35,723 nucleotides of DNA from the IMG/VR virus record IMGVR_UViG_3300037608_000024, positions 1 to 35,723 of that record. One strand, 5' to 3'. Below are positions 18,547-27,196 of the stretch, one piece after another. The DNA is from a virus. Taxonomy: Duplodnaviria > Caudoviricetes. Within the stretch, counting starts at the first letter, position 1; each line of letters starts with the position of its first letter. Below the pieces are notes generated by a model. That model ran no database searches. It was not told the origin of the DNA and saw only the letters and a list, made by a program, of their open reading frames with translations. The position numbers and the translations under genes were made by a program.

Positions 18547-20985
18547 ATGAAGTGGGACATTGAAAATCAGAAGTTAGTCGCTAAATACCTGAACAGGCTT
18601 GCAGGGGTTTACGAAGTGGCGATAAAAAAGGCTGTCGAACTTGGGTATTCGGTAACGAATTACAATTCCGACAAGCCCTTTTCGTTTGCCGATTATCCGG
18701 TAACGAATAAGAAAGCCGACACGCTGTTTTCACAAATGGCTTATGAACTGCAGTCTATCGTAAACGGAGGAACTGAATCGGCATGGATAGCAGCAAATAC
18801 GGTGAACGATGGTTTAGTTGATAAATACTTCGCGAAATCGGGGCTTTCTAAAGAACAACTATCAAAGTACTACGACAGGAATTTAAACGCCCTCGCAGCC
18901 TATCAAAAGCGGGTTGACGGCGGTGTTACCCTATCGGATAGAGTTTGGAAATACACAAACCAATTCAAAAACGAAATTGAACTGGCTGTCAGTGTTGGTA
19001 TTGGCGAGGGGCGTTCTGCATCGGAAGTCAGCCGGGATGTCCGGCAATACCTACAACAGCCGGATAAACTATTTCACCGCGTGCGTAACAAATACGGCGA
19101 ACTGGTGTTATCTAAAGCGGCAAAAGCCTATCACCCCGGGCAGGGTGTTTATCGTTCATCGTACAAAAATGCTTTAAGGCTCACCCGGACGGAAATAAAC
19201 ATGTCTTTTCATAATGCCGATTATGAGCGTTGGAATACGTTGAATTTCGTTGCTGGTTATCGTGTTGTTTTGTCAAAGGCTCACCCCGAATATGATATTT
19301 GTGATGAATTGCAGGGCGAATATCCAAAAACGTTCGCTTTTTGGGGGTGGCATGTACAATGTATGTGTCACACAGAACCAATCCTTTCCCCACAAAAGGA
19401 GTTTGTCAACAACCTTGTAAAACAACTCAAAGGCGAAGATACAACCGGATATATCCCGAGCAATCAAATCACCAAAATGCCTCCTAATTTCAAACAGTGG
19501 GCTTCCGATAATCAGGAGCGTATTGCAAAAGCGAAATCAATGCCGTATTTCATCGATAAGAACTTTAAGGGTACAAACGTCGCCGATTGGTTCAAAGTGG
19601 CTGAAAAAACGGCTGCAATCGCCGAAAAAACACCTTTGTTATCGGCTAAAGAGCTTGAAAAACTTGAATGGAAGAAAGATGAAATAATTTACGCTAAAAA
19701 GAAACTCGCCGAGGCTGAAAAGTGGGGTGTCACCGGGGGGGCTTACGACGCACTCCTTGCAGCTATAGAAAACGAAAGTTTGACATACGCACAAATTGCA
19801 GGGAAGTCCTCTAAATTGGTTCAAGACATTAAAGCAGCCAAAGCCGCCGCCGACCCATTTAGCGAAGCCGCATTGTTGAAAAAATTCAGCAAAAAAGAGG
19901 TTGAAAGCATGTTTGAATCCGTGAATGCGAAAATATCACAGATAACAAAATCATCGACACTCGAACAACAGGTAAAAGACTTACTTTTTGAAGCGAATTG
20001 GATTGCAGATAAAAAGAAGTATTCAACTTGGTATGAAGCATCTGAATTATTTAAACAAAAAGCTAATGAAATAAACAAGATACTTCTTATTAATCAAGAG
20101 GTTGATAAGTTTAGCTTTTTGGCTAATGTTGTTGAATATGCAGGCGGCAAAGCACTAAAAGAAGAATATGAAAAACTGTTCTATGCAATAAAATCAGGTA
20201 AGCTAAAGTCTACTGATGAAAAGATAAAAGTATTCACGGATAAAGTGTATGCAAAAACAGCCGCAAAAGATAAGATTTCGATTGTTGCAGATATTGAAGA
20301 TTACTGTGATAAAAATAGGCATAAAGCCAAATTTATTGACAATTATGATGACTTCAATGATATGCAAAAGGAAATGACATATCATCACGGCAGCAAATGG
20401 AGAACATTTTCTGAAAGTCATAAAGATGCACTTTATAGGTACACAGGCAGCGGATACGATGAAATAAATCGTAATCTTTATAGATATGGGACAGTGGATG
20501 AATACGCTGCAAAAATCACAGAAAGCCTTGACCAAATAAAACTCCCGAGGGATATGATGTTTCGCAGGGGTACTGATTACCGGGAAGTGCGTTCGATATT
20601 CGGGGATGAATTTGCGAGTGCAATAGAATCCGGTAACATTGAAAAGGTGAATAAACTTATTGGAAGCCGGGGGGTTAATGAAAGTTTCATATCTACATCG
20701 TTCACCGAACTTGGTGGTTTTGGTGGTTCTGTAGAGTTTGTTTTCTTTGCTCCAAAAGGTACAAGTACAATGTATGCAAAATCATTTAGTGCCCATGATA
20801 GGGGCTTCGGGCGAAAGTGGAACGGGATTGATTTAATGCAAAACTTTTCAGGAACATTAGAAAATGAATTTATTGTAAACCGCGGTTATGAATACCGGGT
20901 TTATAAAATAGAGTTCGGGACTGGGCGTGGTAGTGTTAGAATATATGTTGACTTATTGACACAAAAGAAAAGAAAAGTGAAGTAA
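18547..20985 (+). CDS. MuF/SPP1 gp7-like minor head protein with C-terminal VIP2-like ADP-ribosyltransferase
   Basis: MuF motifs RLTRTEIN, CDEL, WHVQCMC; ART motifs YRYTGSGYDEINRNL, FRRG, FISTS, ENEFIV. Confidence 0.88.
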   Translation: MKWDIENQKLVAKYLNRLAGVYEVAIKKAVELGYSVTNYNSDKPFSFADYPVTNKKADTLFSQMAYELQSIVNGGTESAWIAANTVNDGLVDKYFAKSGLSKEQLSKYYDRNLNALAAYQKRVDGGVTLSDRVWKYTNQFKNEIELAVSVGIGEGRSASEVSRDVRQYLQQPDKLFHRVRNKYGELVLSKAAKAYHPGQGVYRSSYKNALRLTRTEINMSFHNADYERWNTLNFVAGYRVVLSKAHPEYDICDELQGEYPKTFAFWGWHVQCMCHTEPILSPQKEFVNNLVKQLKGEDTTGYIPSNQITKMPPNFKQWASDNQERIAKAKSMPYFIDKNFKGTNVADWFKVAEKTAAIAEKTPLLSAKELEKLEWKKDEIIYAKKKLAEAEKWGVTGGAYDALLAAIENESLTYAQIAGKSSKLVQDIKAAKAAADPFSEAALLKKFSKKEVESMFESVNAKISQITKSSTLEQQVKDLLFEANWIADKKKYSTWYEASELFKQKANEINKILLINQEVDKFSFLANVVEYAGGKALKEEYEKLFYAIKSGKLKSTDEKIKVFTDKVYAKTAAKDKISIVADIEDYCDKNRHKAKFIDNYDDFNDMQKEMTYHHGSKWRTFSESHKDALYRYTGSGYDEINRNLYRYGTVDEYAAKITESLDQIKLPRDMMFRRGTDYREVRSIFGDEFASAIESGNIEKVNKLIGSRGVNESFISTSFTELGGFGGSVEFVFFAPKGTSTMYAKSFSAHDRGFGRKWNGIDLMQNFSGTLENEFIVNRGYEYRVYKIEFGTGRGSVRIYVDLLTQKKRKVK

Positions 20986-21008
20986 TTACACTTCACTTTT
21001 CTTTTCTT
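20965..21008. terminator. Perfect 19-bp inverted repeat across both convergent stop regions; likely bidirectional terminator
   Basis: AAGAAAAGAAAAGTGAAGT-AATTAC-ACTTCACTTTTCTTTTCTT. Confidence 0.75.
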
Positions 21009-21262
21009 AGTACCCCGTCAAAATATGCTGTATAAGGGTCATATTCGCTTGGTGTGCATTTGTTTATACAACCGTTGATATATGTCTTGAATGTTGTTTC
21101 GGTTGCATTTTCATTGTAATGCTCAACAAACATCCTTTCGTACTCCCAAAAATGATTTTTCAGTTCAGAAAGTAGGCTGTAATCGTCTAAAGAGTATTTA
21201 AACGGGTTATCGCTTTCCCCTTTGTAGTATTTGCAAAAGGCTAATAATTTACTGTTTTTCAT
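20993..21262 (-). CDS. Small hypothetical protein, candidate ART immunity protein
   Basis: 89 aa (CKYYKGESDNPF...FWEYE); abuts the toxin 3' end and lies directly downstream of the ARH gene. Confidence 0.7.
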   Translation of the reverse strand: MKNSKLLAFCKYYKGESDNPFKYSLDDYSLLSELKNHFWEYERMFVEHYNENATETTFKTYINGCINKCTPSEYDPYTAYFDGVLRKEK

Positions 21263-21265
21263 AAT

Positions 21266-22162
21266 TTAATCAATTTCTATTTCAGTTTCAAAATCACTTA
21301 TGTCGCAACCTACAATGTCAGAAAAATTGCTTCTAAATGTGCATACAAAATCACGTATGACACTGAACATATCCTTGGGGATATATTCAATTGCTTTTTT
21401 TGTCATCCATAATGGCACGCCGTAACACGCCTCCGCCAAACTCCCCGTGATAGCTGCAATCGTGTCCGTGTCGCCTCCAACAGAAACGGCAAGCCTTATC
21501 GCACTTTCAAAGTCGGTGCTTTCTTGCAGGCATTGCAGGCAAACCGGGATTGTTCCCTCGCAAGTTTCATCGAAGCCGTTAAGGTGTTTTAAGTATTCAC
21601 AGGCAGCAACAGAATTATATCCATATACATTTTTTGCAAACCTTATCACTTCGTGTTTGTTTGATCCTTTTCGCAGGTAGAAAATAGCTTGTGCGATAGC
21701 TTGTGCCCCTTTCATTCCCTCGGGGTGATTGTGGCTTATCTCGGCACTAATTGTCGCACCATGAATAACGGATTGAACGTTATCAAAAGCCCACGCAACG
21801 GGCGAAACCCTCATTGCAGAACCGTTCCCAAAGCTGTTATAGGCTCTCATATTATCATCCCATATCCAACGCTCAAAACGCCCGCCGTATCCGCCCGCCG
21901 GGTTGGGATATTTACGACACCATTCTCGCATGATTTTAGATAATAATTGTTGCTCCATATCTGCAAAAGCATATTTATCTAATTTTATTTCAGGTGGTAG
22001 TAATGATTGACGTTTTCGCAATAGCCATTCAGCGACAGCAACCGTGCAAATGGTGTCATCCGTAAACGAGCAATCAGGGTGAAACAACTGAAAATCCGTT
22101 GAACGGTGATTGTTGAACTCAAAACGCGAACCGACTATATCGCCGATAATTGCTCCTATCAT
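21266..22162 (-). CDS. ADP-ribosylglycohydrolase (ARH/DraG family)
   Basis: GAIIGDIVG, FTDDT, GNGSAMR, SHNHPEG, GGDTDT motifs. Confidence 0.95.
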   Translation of the reverse strand: MIGAIIGDIVGSRFEFNNHRSTDFQLFHPDCSFTDDTICTVAVAEWLLRKRQSLLPPEIKLDKYAFADMEQQLLSKIMREWCRKYPNPAGGYGGRFERWIWDDNMRAYNSFGNGSAMRVSPVAWAFDNVQSVIHGATISAEISHNHPEGMKGAQAIAQAIFYLRKGSNKHEVIRFAKNVYGYNSVAACEYLKHLNGFDETCEGTIPVCLQCLQESTDFESAIRLAVSVGGDTDTIAAITGSLAEACYGVPLWMTKKAIEYIPKDMFSVIRDFVCTFRSNFSDIVGCDISDFETEIEID

Positions 22163-22422
22163 TTATTTGCCCTCTCTATTATGTTTATTTGTTCAAAATC
22201 AGGTTTATAAGCCCATCCAATAATTCTATTAGAATGAATATATTGAGTTGCATCAACAGTTCCTAATCTGTTAAGTACTCTAAATTCCGATGTATTATCG
22301 CCTATATATTCACCTACTGTTATATAATTACCATTTCCCGAAATTACAGCAACCAATACTTCTTCGTCAATTGGTGGTTTTTCTTTAGACGTGTCAATAA
22401 AATCAATTATTGTTCTTTTCAT
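22159..22422 (-). CDS. Small phage protein, DUF551-like
   Basis: KEKPP...EVLVAV...IIGWAYKP pattern; 4-bp overlaps on both sides. Confidence 0.6.
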   Translation of the reverse strand: MKRTIIDFIDTSKEKPPIDEEVLVAVISGNGNYITVGEYIGDNTSEFRVLNRLGTVDATQYIHSNRIIGWAYKPDFEQINIIERANK

Positions 22423-22682
22423 TTTCTTTTCCCCCTTTCTGTTCTCTTGTGATAAACTTTAATTGATTTAATCCGGCATTTCGCCCCGGTATATTCAACG
22501 CCCCGGGCGACACCAACATTCCAAAGATTGCGGACTTTGCAACCAATATCGTTATCCGTAAAAGTGTCATAAATAGCAGCCAAAGAACCAAAGTAAAACT
22601 CTGATTCCCCTATTTGTGCCGGATGTTTGCAATTTGCAGCCGTTATCGGCTCATGGAATTCTAATTTATAGTTTTTGCTCAT
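22419..22682 (-). CDS. Hypothetical protein (FYFGSLAAIY motif)
   Basis: Track ORF 22419..22715 with likely ATG at 22682, downstream of a promoter element. Confidence 0.7.
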   Translation of the reverse strand: MSKNYKLEFHEPITAANCKHPAQIGESEFYFGSLAAIYDTFTDNDIGCKVRNLWNVGVARGVEYTGAKCRIKSIKVYHKRTERGKRK

Positions 22683-22701
22683 AGCATGGAATTTTAATTT
22701 A

Positions 22702-22709
22702 CAAAGGTA
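22702..22709 (-). promoter_or_regulatory. Bacteroidota -7 promoter element for the four-gene ARH operon
   Basis: TACCTTTG on the minus strand, 20 bp upstream of ATG 22682; no GTGATTA operator nearby. Confidence 0.6.
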
Positions 22710-22751
22710 ATACAATTCATTCAGAAGTGTACTTTATTCAATAAAATAGAC

Positions 22752-23066
22752 TTAATTTGCGGCTTTTGGGACTTTTGTATTCTTGCGTATGCTGTAATTG
22801 TTTATTTCGCGACTACCCAAACGCAACCTGAATTTTTCAATTATTTGTTCATCGGTTGCATCCGGGCGAACAAAGATAGTCAGAGGCTTTCCCTTAAATC
22901 CAAATTTTGCGGAGTTTACAGCCCGGGTTCGTGGGTCGTGCTTTGCTTTGTGTTTTTCCAGTATTTCAGCCGTTTTTTCAACGCTTCTTTGTGGTATCAT
23001 AGCATCAAACAGTTCATCCCTTGTTTGTGGCTTTTTTGCGGACTTTGATTTGCTTTGGTGTTTCAT
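22752..23066 (-). CDS. Basic hypothetical protein
   Basis: ORF track; operon packing. Confidence 0.7.
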   Translation of the reverse strand: MKHQSKSKSAKKPQTRDELFDAMIPQRSVEKTAEILEKHKAKHDPRTRAVNSAKFGFKGKPLTIFVRPDATDEQIIEKFRLRLGSREINNYSIRKNTKVPKAAN

Positions 23067-23069
23067 GTT

Positions 23070-23489
23070 TTATTCCCCCACTTTTATGTTCGTTACTTTT
23101 TTCGGGTGTCCCGGGCAACCTTTCCCAAAGTAATCAAAGCCGGGGCACTCCTTATCGTGGCACATTGGTATCACTTTCCATCCTTTCGATTGGCATTCTG
23201 CAAGATATTCACGGCATTCAGCGTCGGACAGTTTTCGCCCGTTTTCGTCTGACATCAAGCCTGTCATTTTGCGGCGTTTGTAGTTATTCAAAAAGCCTTG
23301 AATATCTACACCCATGTGTCGGGTTGTCGAATACGATTTGCCGGGCAAAGTGTTGTCGAAATCTACCATTTCAATTTCAAAATCAAATAGTCCCTCATTG
23401 CATTCCGGGCATTCAAAAGGTGCTTTTGTCAAATCTTCATTTTGGGTGCAAACGCTCCCGCACTTCTTACAAGTTGGTTGATTGTTCAT
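23070..23489 (-). CDS. Zn-ribbon, Cys-rich hypothetical protein
   Basis: CKKC...CPEC N-terminus; C-terminal CPGFDY..GCPGH. Confidence 0.75.
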   Translation of the reverse strand: MNNQPTCKKCGSVCTQNEDLTKAPFECPECNEGLFDFEIEMVDFDNTLPGKSYSTTRHMGVDIQGFLNNYKRRKMTGLMSDENGRKLSDAECREYLAECQSKGWKVIPMCHDKECPGFDYFGKGCPGHPKKVTNIKVGE

Positions 23490-23779
23490 TATTTTGTTGG
23501 TTTTAAAATTTCAGTCAATAGTATGAATTTCAGTTTACATGGGTAAAAGCCACGTCCGAACCCCGTCCGTTCAATTGCGATGTATTCCGTTTCGCTTATT
23601 TTAAGGGCTTTCGCCCCGCCGTACAGTAAAACGCCCGCTTCGTTTGTGATAACATGACCACGGGCTTGAATCAAGCGGAAAAACGCTTGCAATTTGTTAT
23701 CTTGAAGACCGCCGGGTTCACCCGTTACATTTGCCATTATACGACGGCGATTTGCGGGGCTGATATTTGATGTTTTCAT
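23489..23779 (-). CDS. Hypothetical protein
   Basis: ORF track; overlapping start/stop with neighbours. Confidence 0.7.
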   Translation of the reverse strand: MKTSNISPANRRRIMANVTGEPGGLQDNKLQAFFRLIQARGHVITNEAGVLLYGGAKALKISETEYIAIERTGFGRGFYPCKLKFILLTEILKPTK

Positions 23780-24111
23780 TTGGTTGCTTTGTTGATTGCT
23801 TTGTCAATTAATTCAAGAGACCCCGTTGTCGTTGGTGTTGTGTAGTTGTACATTTTTGCTGATAGCTTGCTTCGGAGGTATTCAATTTGTTTTTTTGCAT
23901 CTTCCAACGCTGCAACCATGTCAGGGGCGGCGACCATTGCTTTCACGTTGGTAACGCCGTCGCCCGATTGGAAACCCGGGTTGTGGATTGCATTGCAGCG
24001 CAAAACAGCAATCCAATCACTGTTATCGGCTTTCACGATTCTATAAACATCGGCTTCGCCCGTTTCTTGTAAGTCCCATTTTTCGTTCGGGTTGAATTCT
24101 GTCTTTATCAT
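23776..24111 (-). CDS. Phage hypothetical protein (AAPDMVAALE motif)
   Basis: ORF track; AAPxxxxAL motif common in small phage proteins. Confidence 0.7.
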   Translation of the reverse strand: MIKTEFNPNEKWDLQETGEADVYRIVKADNSDWIAVLRCNAIHNPGFQSGDGVTNVKAMVAAPDMVAALEDAKKQIEYLRSKLSAKMYNYTTPTTTGSLELIDKAINKATK

Positions 24112-24115
24112 AATC

Positions 24116-24367
24116 TTAAATGAATAAATGTAAGTTTGCGGCGGCTGTTTGGTTATCTTTGGATTTCATTTTAAAAGGTCTATCCAAACAAAAGCTATCG
24201 ACAACCGCTTTTGTAAGTAAATAATTATCTTCGGTTCTCCATTCTGCAGGTATCACCCCGGCGGCAAAAGCCTTTTCAAGTTTGGCGAAAAGCTCCGTTT
24301 CAATTTGTTCTGAAATTAGCTTTTTCATCAATCGCCGCTGTTTTGCTCTAAATTGCTTTTCTGTCAT
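24116..24367 (-). CDS. Hypothetical protein
   Basis: ORF track; A-rich leader. Confidence 0.7.
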   Translation of the reverse strand: MTEKQFRAKQRRLMKKLISEQIETELFAKLEKAFAAGVIPAEWRTEDNYLLTKAVVDSFCLDRPFKMKSKDNQTAAANLHLFI

Positions 24368-24499
24368 AGTTCGTTTTTTTTATGGTTATTTGTCTTGTCG
24401 AGCACGCTGGTTTTAGCGTATTTCTTTGTCAGCCTTGCAACATATACCAACATGTAAAGGCGTTCCCCACGGCGGCGATATAACGCCCCGGGGTTGGTT

Positions 24500-24718
24500 T
24501 CATTCGGCTTGATTAGTACCATGTTCAATCAGTTTTAAAGCGTCCGTGATATTACGTTGAAATTGAAAAAGTCCCATAACAGTTTCGCCCGTGTAATCCT
24601 GTTCAAGATGTTGCAGCGTTTCCGGTTGCAACGTTTGATAATAGTCATACATTTTATCGTGCATTGCCAAAAGTGCTTTCAGCTTCCGGCGGTCTTTCTT
24701 ATTTGGTTTCGTGCTCAT
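24500..24718 (-). CDS. Hypothetical protein
   Basis: ORF track; overlaps upstream gene end. Confidence 0.65.
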   Translation of the reverse strand: MSTKPNKKDRRKLKALLAMHDKMYDYYQTLQPETLQHLEQDYTGETVMGLFQFQRNITDALKLIEHGTNQAE

Positions 24719-24971
24719 TTTCTATTTGTGTTATTTCAATGAATAATCCTTTCAGTTTTTCCGCACCCCTTTGTCGGGTGTCATAGAAATTTTTCATTTC
24801 GATTTTGCCTATCGTATCAAATAATTCAGGGACGTATCCTTGTGGAAGCCCGGGGAGTTCGTTGGTTACTTTGTTGTAATCTTCTGTGTTCCAGTTATCA
24901 TTTATCGTTACATCGGTAGTCCCGATTTGTTTGAGCTTGTCGTCTAAAATTGGTATTGTTACACGTTTCAT
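24699..24971 (-). CDS. Hypothetical protein
   Basis: Likely ATG at 24971 in ATGA overlap with the upstream stop. Confidence 0.65.
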   Translation of the reverse strand: MKRVTIPILDDKLKQIGTTDVTINDNWNTEDYNKVTNELPGLPQGYVPELFDTIGKIEMKNFYDTRQRGAEKLKGLFIEITQIENEHETK

Positions 24972-25354
24972 TCTTTGTCCTCCCATTTAGTTATGTCAAA
25001 GTATCCAAAGCGGCGTTTCACTTCCAATGTCCGTTCAAGCCCAAAGTAAGAGCAAACGAGTTTGATTGCTTCCGTGTCATCACACGTGTAGCCACATTCG
25101 TGATTTCCAAACTCGTAGTCGTAAACCTCTTGCGGGTCGCATTCGGCGGCGATACGCTTTGATTGTTCACCGTAAAAGCCCATAAATTTCTGTATCCCCT
25201 CTTTCGTGCCATAAAGCCCGAATCCGCCGGAGTATATCTTTTTATCCTCTATCCCGGCTTTCTTTTTCCCCTCTGCAAATTGTTCGTTTGAAAAGGCAAA
25301 AAAACATTCCCAACATTCAGCCTGTTCGGCTTTGATTTCTGTGTACTTACTCAT
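24968..25354 (-). CDS. Acidic hypothetical protein (FFAFSNEQF...YEFGNHE motifs)
   Basis: ORF track; first gene after a duplicated promoter. Confidence 0.8.
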   Translation of the reverse strand: MSKYTEIKAEQAECWECFFAFSNEQFAEGKKKAGIEDKKIYSGGFGLYGTKEGIQKFMGFYGEQSKRIAAECDPQEVYDYEFGNHECGYTCDDTEAIKLVCSYFGLERTLEVKRRFGYFDITKWEDKE

Positions 25355-25366
25355 ATTCTTATCATT

Positions 25367-25451
25367 TAAAATGTTTATATTATAATCACTTTACAAAAGT
25401 AGTATGTATTCTATTGACTATAATACATTCATACGTTAAAAGTTTGTTAAA
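25367..25451 (-). promoter_or_regulatory. Duplicated leftward promoter, copy 1
   Basis: Operator ATGTTTA-N5-TAATCAC 25371-25389; TACTTTTG (minus) 25394-25401; ATGTATT-N11-AATACAT 25404-25428; GTTAAA-N5-GTTAAA 25435-25451. Confidence 0.8.
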
Positions 25452-25506
25452 CTTTATTAATTCTAACTATCACTGTATCAGTCTATTACGTCGCCCGTTT
25501 GACTGC

Positions 25507-25546
25507 AAAAGCCCCAAACCGCTTGTCGCTTGATTTGGGGCGTTTT
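25507..25546 (-). terminator. Intrinsic terminator after the DUF932-like gene
   Basis: GCCCCAAA...TTTGGGGC stem flanked by A/T runs. Confidence 0.65.
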
Positions 25547-25561
25547 GTCGCACTTTCTTGA

Positions 25562-26701
25562 TTAAGCGGGTAGTTTTACACGGTTAAGGAGTGCCCCACT
25601 GATTTCGTGGATTTCACGTGCCCGGCGTGGTTCGGTATCCCGGGCAAAGGCTGTCATTCCTTGCGTCAATTTCCAAAGGGTTGCAGCCCCCTGAACGCCG
25701 TCATTCGGGTTGTTGTTCATAAGTATCTTTTCAATGCTTTCGCTTTCGTTTTTCAAAATAGAGCCTTTTGTAACGAGTTTGCGAAGTTCTTCGTTAAGGT
25801 CAACATCGATTTCGCTTGCACCCTGTATTTCTAAAGCCTTTCTCATAAGGTTTTCTTTATTGAAAAGTCCGGCAGATAAATCGCGGATTGCTGATACCGT
25901 GGTTTTGGTGTCAAGTTCATAAGTCCTTTGTGACAGTTGTAGGTTATCGGGGAGCTTTGAGCCGAGGTGTACCTGTTTCATAATAGATTCGCGCACCATG
26001 CCGTTCGTACAAGCCCCGTTCAAAAGGAAAGCACGCATGTCAACAGAGCCATCGCCATAATCAGAAGTCGAAAAACGTGCCCCGGCAAAAATCATCACAG
26101 TCCCGTTCTTTTGTGTTGGGATTTCTATTGGTGTCGGGAGTATGGTTTCACAAAACACTTTCGTATCATCCATAAAGGCATCTGACATCACAGCCCCCTG
26201 TTTAGAGCTTTCTTGAATAAAGGCAGTCAGGATGTCAACGCTATTGAGGCGGCGATAACTGTCAGAAAGTATGGCACGCACCTCGGTATCAACTGCACGC
26301 ACCAAAACACGGGTTCTATTAGTCCAGCCCGAGTGTTCGTTCAGGATTTGCGCTGCAAGTTTACGTTTCCATTCACCCCCGGCTGCAAGTTCACGCAGAT
26401 AACGGGCGGGGATTCCCATTTTATCGGCGAGTTGATAAACGGCGTTTTCGTGTAAGCTAAATTCGCCGCCGTTCATCAACATATTCACGTGTCCGTTTGC
26501 TGCAAAGGTTATCACAGGAGTTTTCTCTTGATTGCGTAGGTTTACCCCAATAGGGGCGATAAAATCTTGTAAGGCATTGCCCTCGTTTATGAGGCGGTTC
26601 ATAGTGGTGTCGATACGCGATTTGTTACGTTCGATAGAGTTCATTACTCGGTTGATTACAACCTCGTTCAAAGCGTTCTGATTTTCTAAATTTGCATTCA
26701 T
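25562..26701 (-). CDS. DUF932-like protein
   Basis: RAILSDSYRRL, STSDYGDGS, ACTNGMV, VHLG, TLWKLTQGMT match the family pattern. Confidence 0.7.
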   Translation of the reverse strand: MNANLENQNALNEVVINRVMNSIERNKSRIDTTMNRLINEGNALQDFIAPIGVNLRNQEKTPVITFAANGHVNMLMNGGEFSLHENAVYQLADKMGIPARYLRELAAGGEWKRKLAAQILNEHSGWTNRTRVLVRAVDTEVRAILSDSYRRLNSVDILTAFIQESSKQGAVMSDAFMDDTKVFCETILPTPIEIPTQKNGTVMIFAGARFSTSDYGDGSVDMRAFLLNGACTNGMVRESIMKQVHLGSKLPDNLQLSQRTYELDTKTTVSAIRDLSAGLFNKENLMRKALEIQGASEIDVDLNEELRKLVTKGSILKNESESIEKILMNNNPNDGVQGAATLWKLTQGMTAFARDTEPRRAREIHEISGALLNRVKLPA

Positions 26702-26742
26702 TTTTTATTTGGTTTTATAGGGCTTCCGCCCCGGGTTTATTA

Positions 26743-26967
26743 TTAATTTCCGTAAAATTCTTTTCCTTGTAACTTATTAAAAAGCCAAATCGGGAGTTCA
26801 AAATATCTGCTTTCAATGCCTGTCCCAAACTCTTGTTTCCCGTTACCGTTTTCAATGAATTTGACTTGCGATTTTGGCACAAACTCAAATCTGTTTTTCC
26901 CATAATGAAACTTATAAGATTTTTCGCTAAAATCTTCTGAAAATGCACTAATTGTTATCGTTTCCAT
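26743..26967 (-). CDS. Small hypothetical protein
   Basis: ORF track; SEKSY..FVPKSQ..LPIWL pattern. Confidence 0.7.
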   Translation of the reverse strand: METITISAFSEDFSEKSYKFHYGKNRFEFVPKSQVKFIENGNGKQEFGTGIESRYFELPIWLFNKLQGKEFYGN

Positions 26968-27196
26968 ATTTCTTAATTATTAGTTGTTTGGCTTCCGCAA
27001 TCATGCGGTCTGTATCTATTTTCAAAGTCTGATAAAACCCGGCTTTCCCGGTGAGGCTTTCGTGGGCGATTTCCAATGTTCTAATTTCGGGCTTTGTGAA
27101 AACCAAATTAAAACCCCTGAAAATGGCAAATGCAGCCCCGTATTCGCCCCGGGCAAATAACGCCCGGGCTTTGTCTGTTTTCGTTTGCGGTGTCAT
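26948..27196 (-). CDS. Small hypothetical protein
   Basis: Likely ATG at 27196 in ATGA overlap. Confidence 0.7.
   Translation of the reverse strand: MTPQTKTDKARALFARGEYGAAFAIFRGFNLVFTKPEIRTLEIAHESLTGKAGFYQTLKIDTDRMIAEAKQLIIKKYGNDNN

Noticed and set aside
1290-20535. Many minus-strand ORFs of 60-200 aa in the track over this range
   Set aside because: They lie antisense to well-supported genes and carry no recognisable motifs; treated as shadow ORFs
24429-24503. 24-codon minus-strand ORF (MKPTPGRYIAAVG...) in an island gap
   Set aside because: Has an ATGA overlap but is too short and featureless to support
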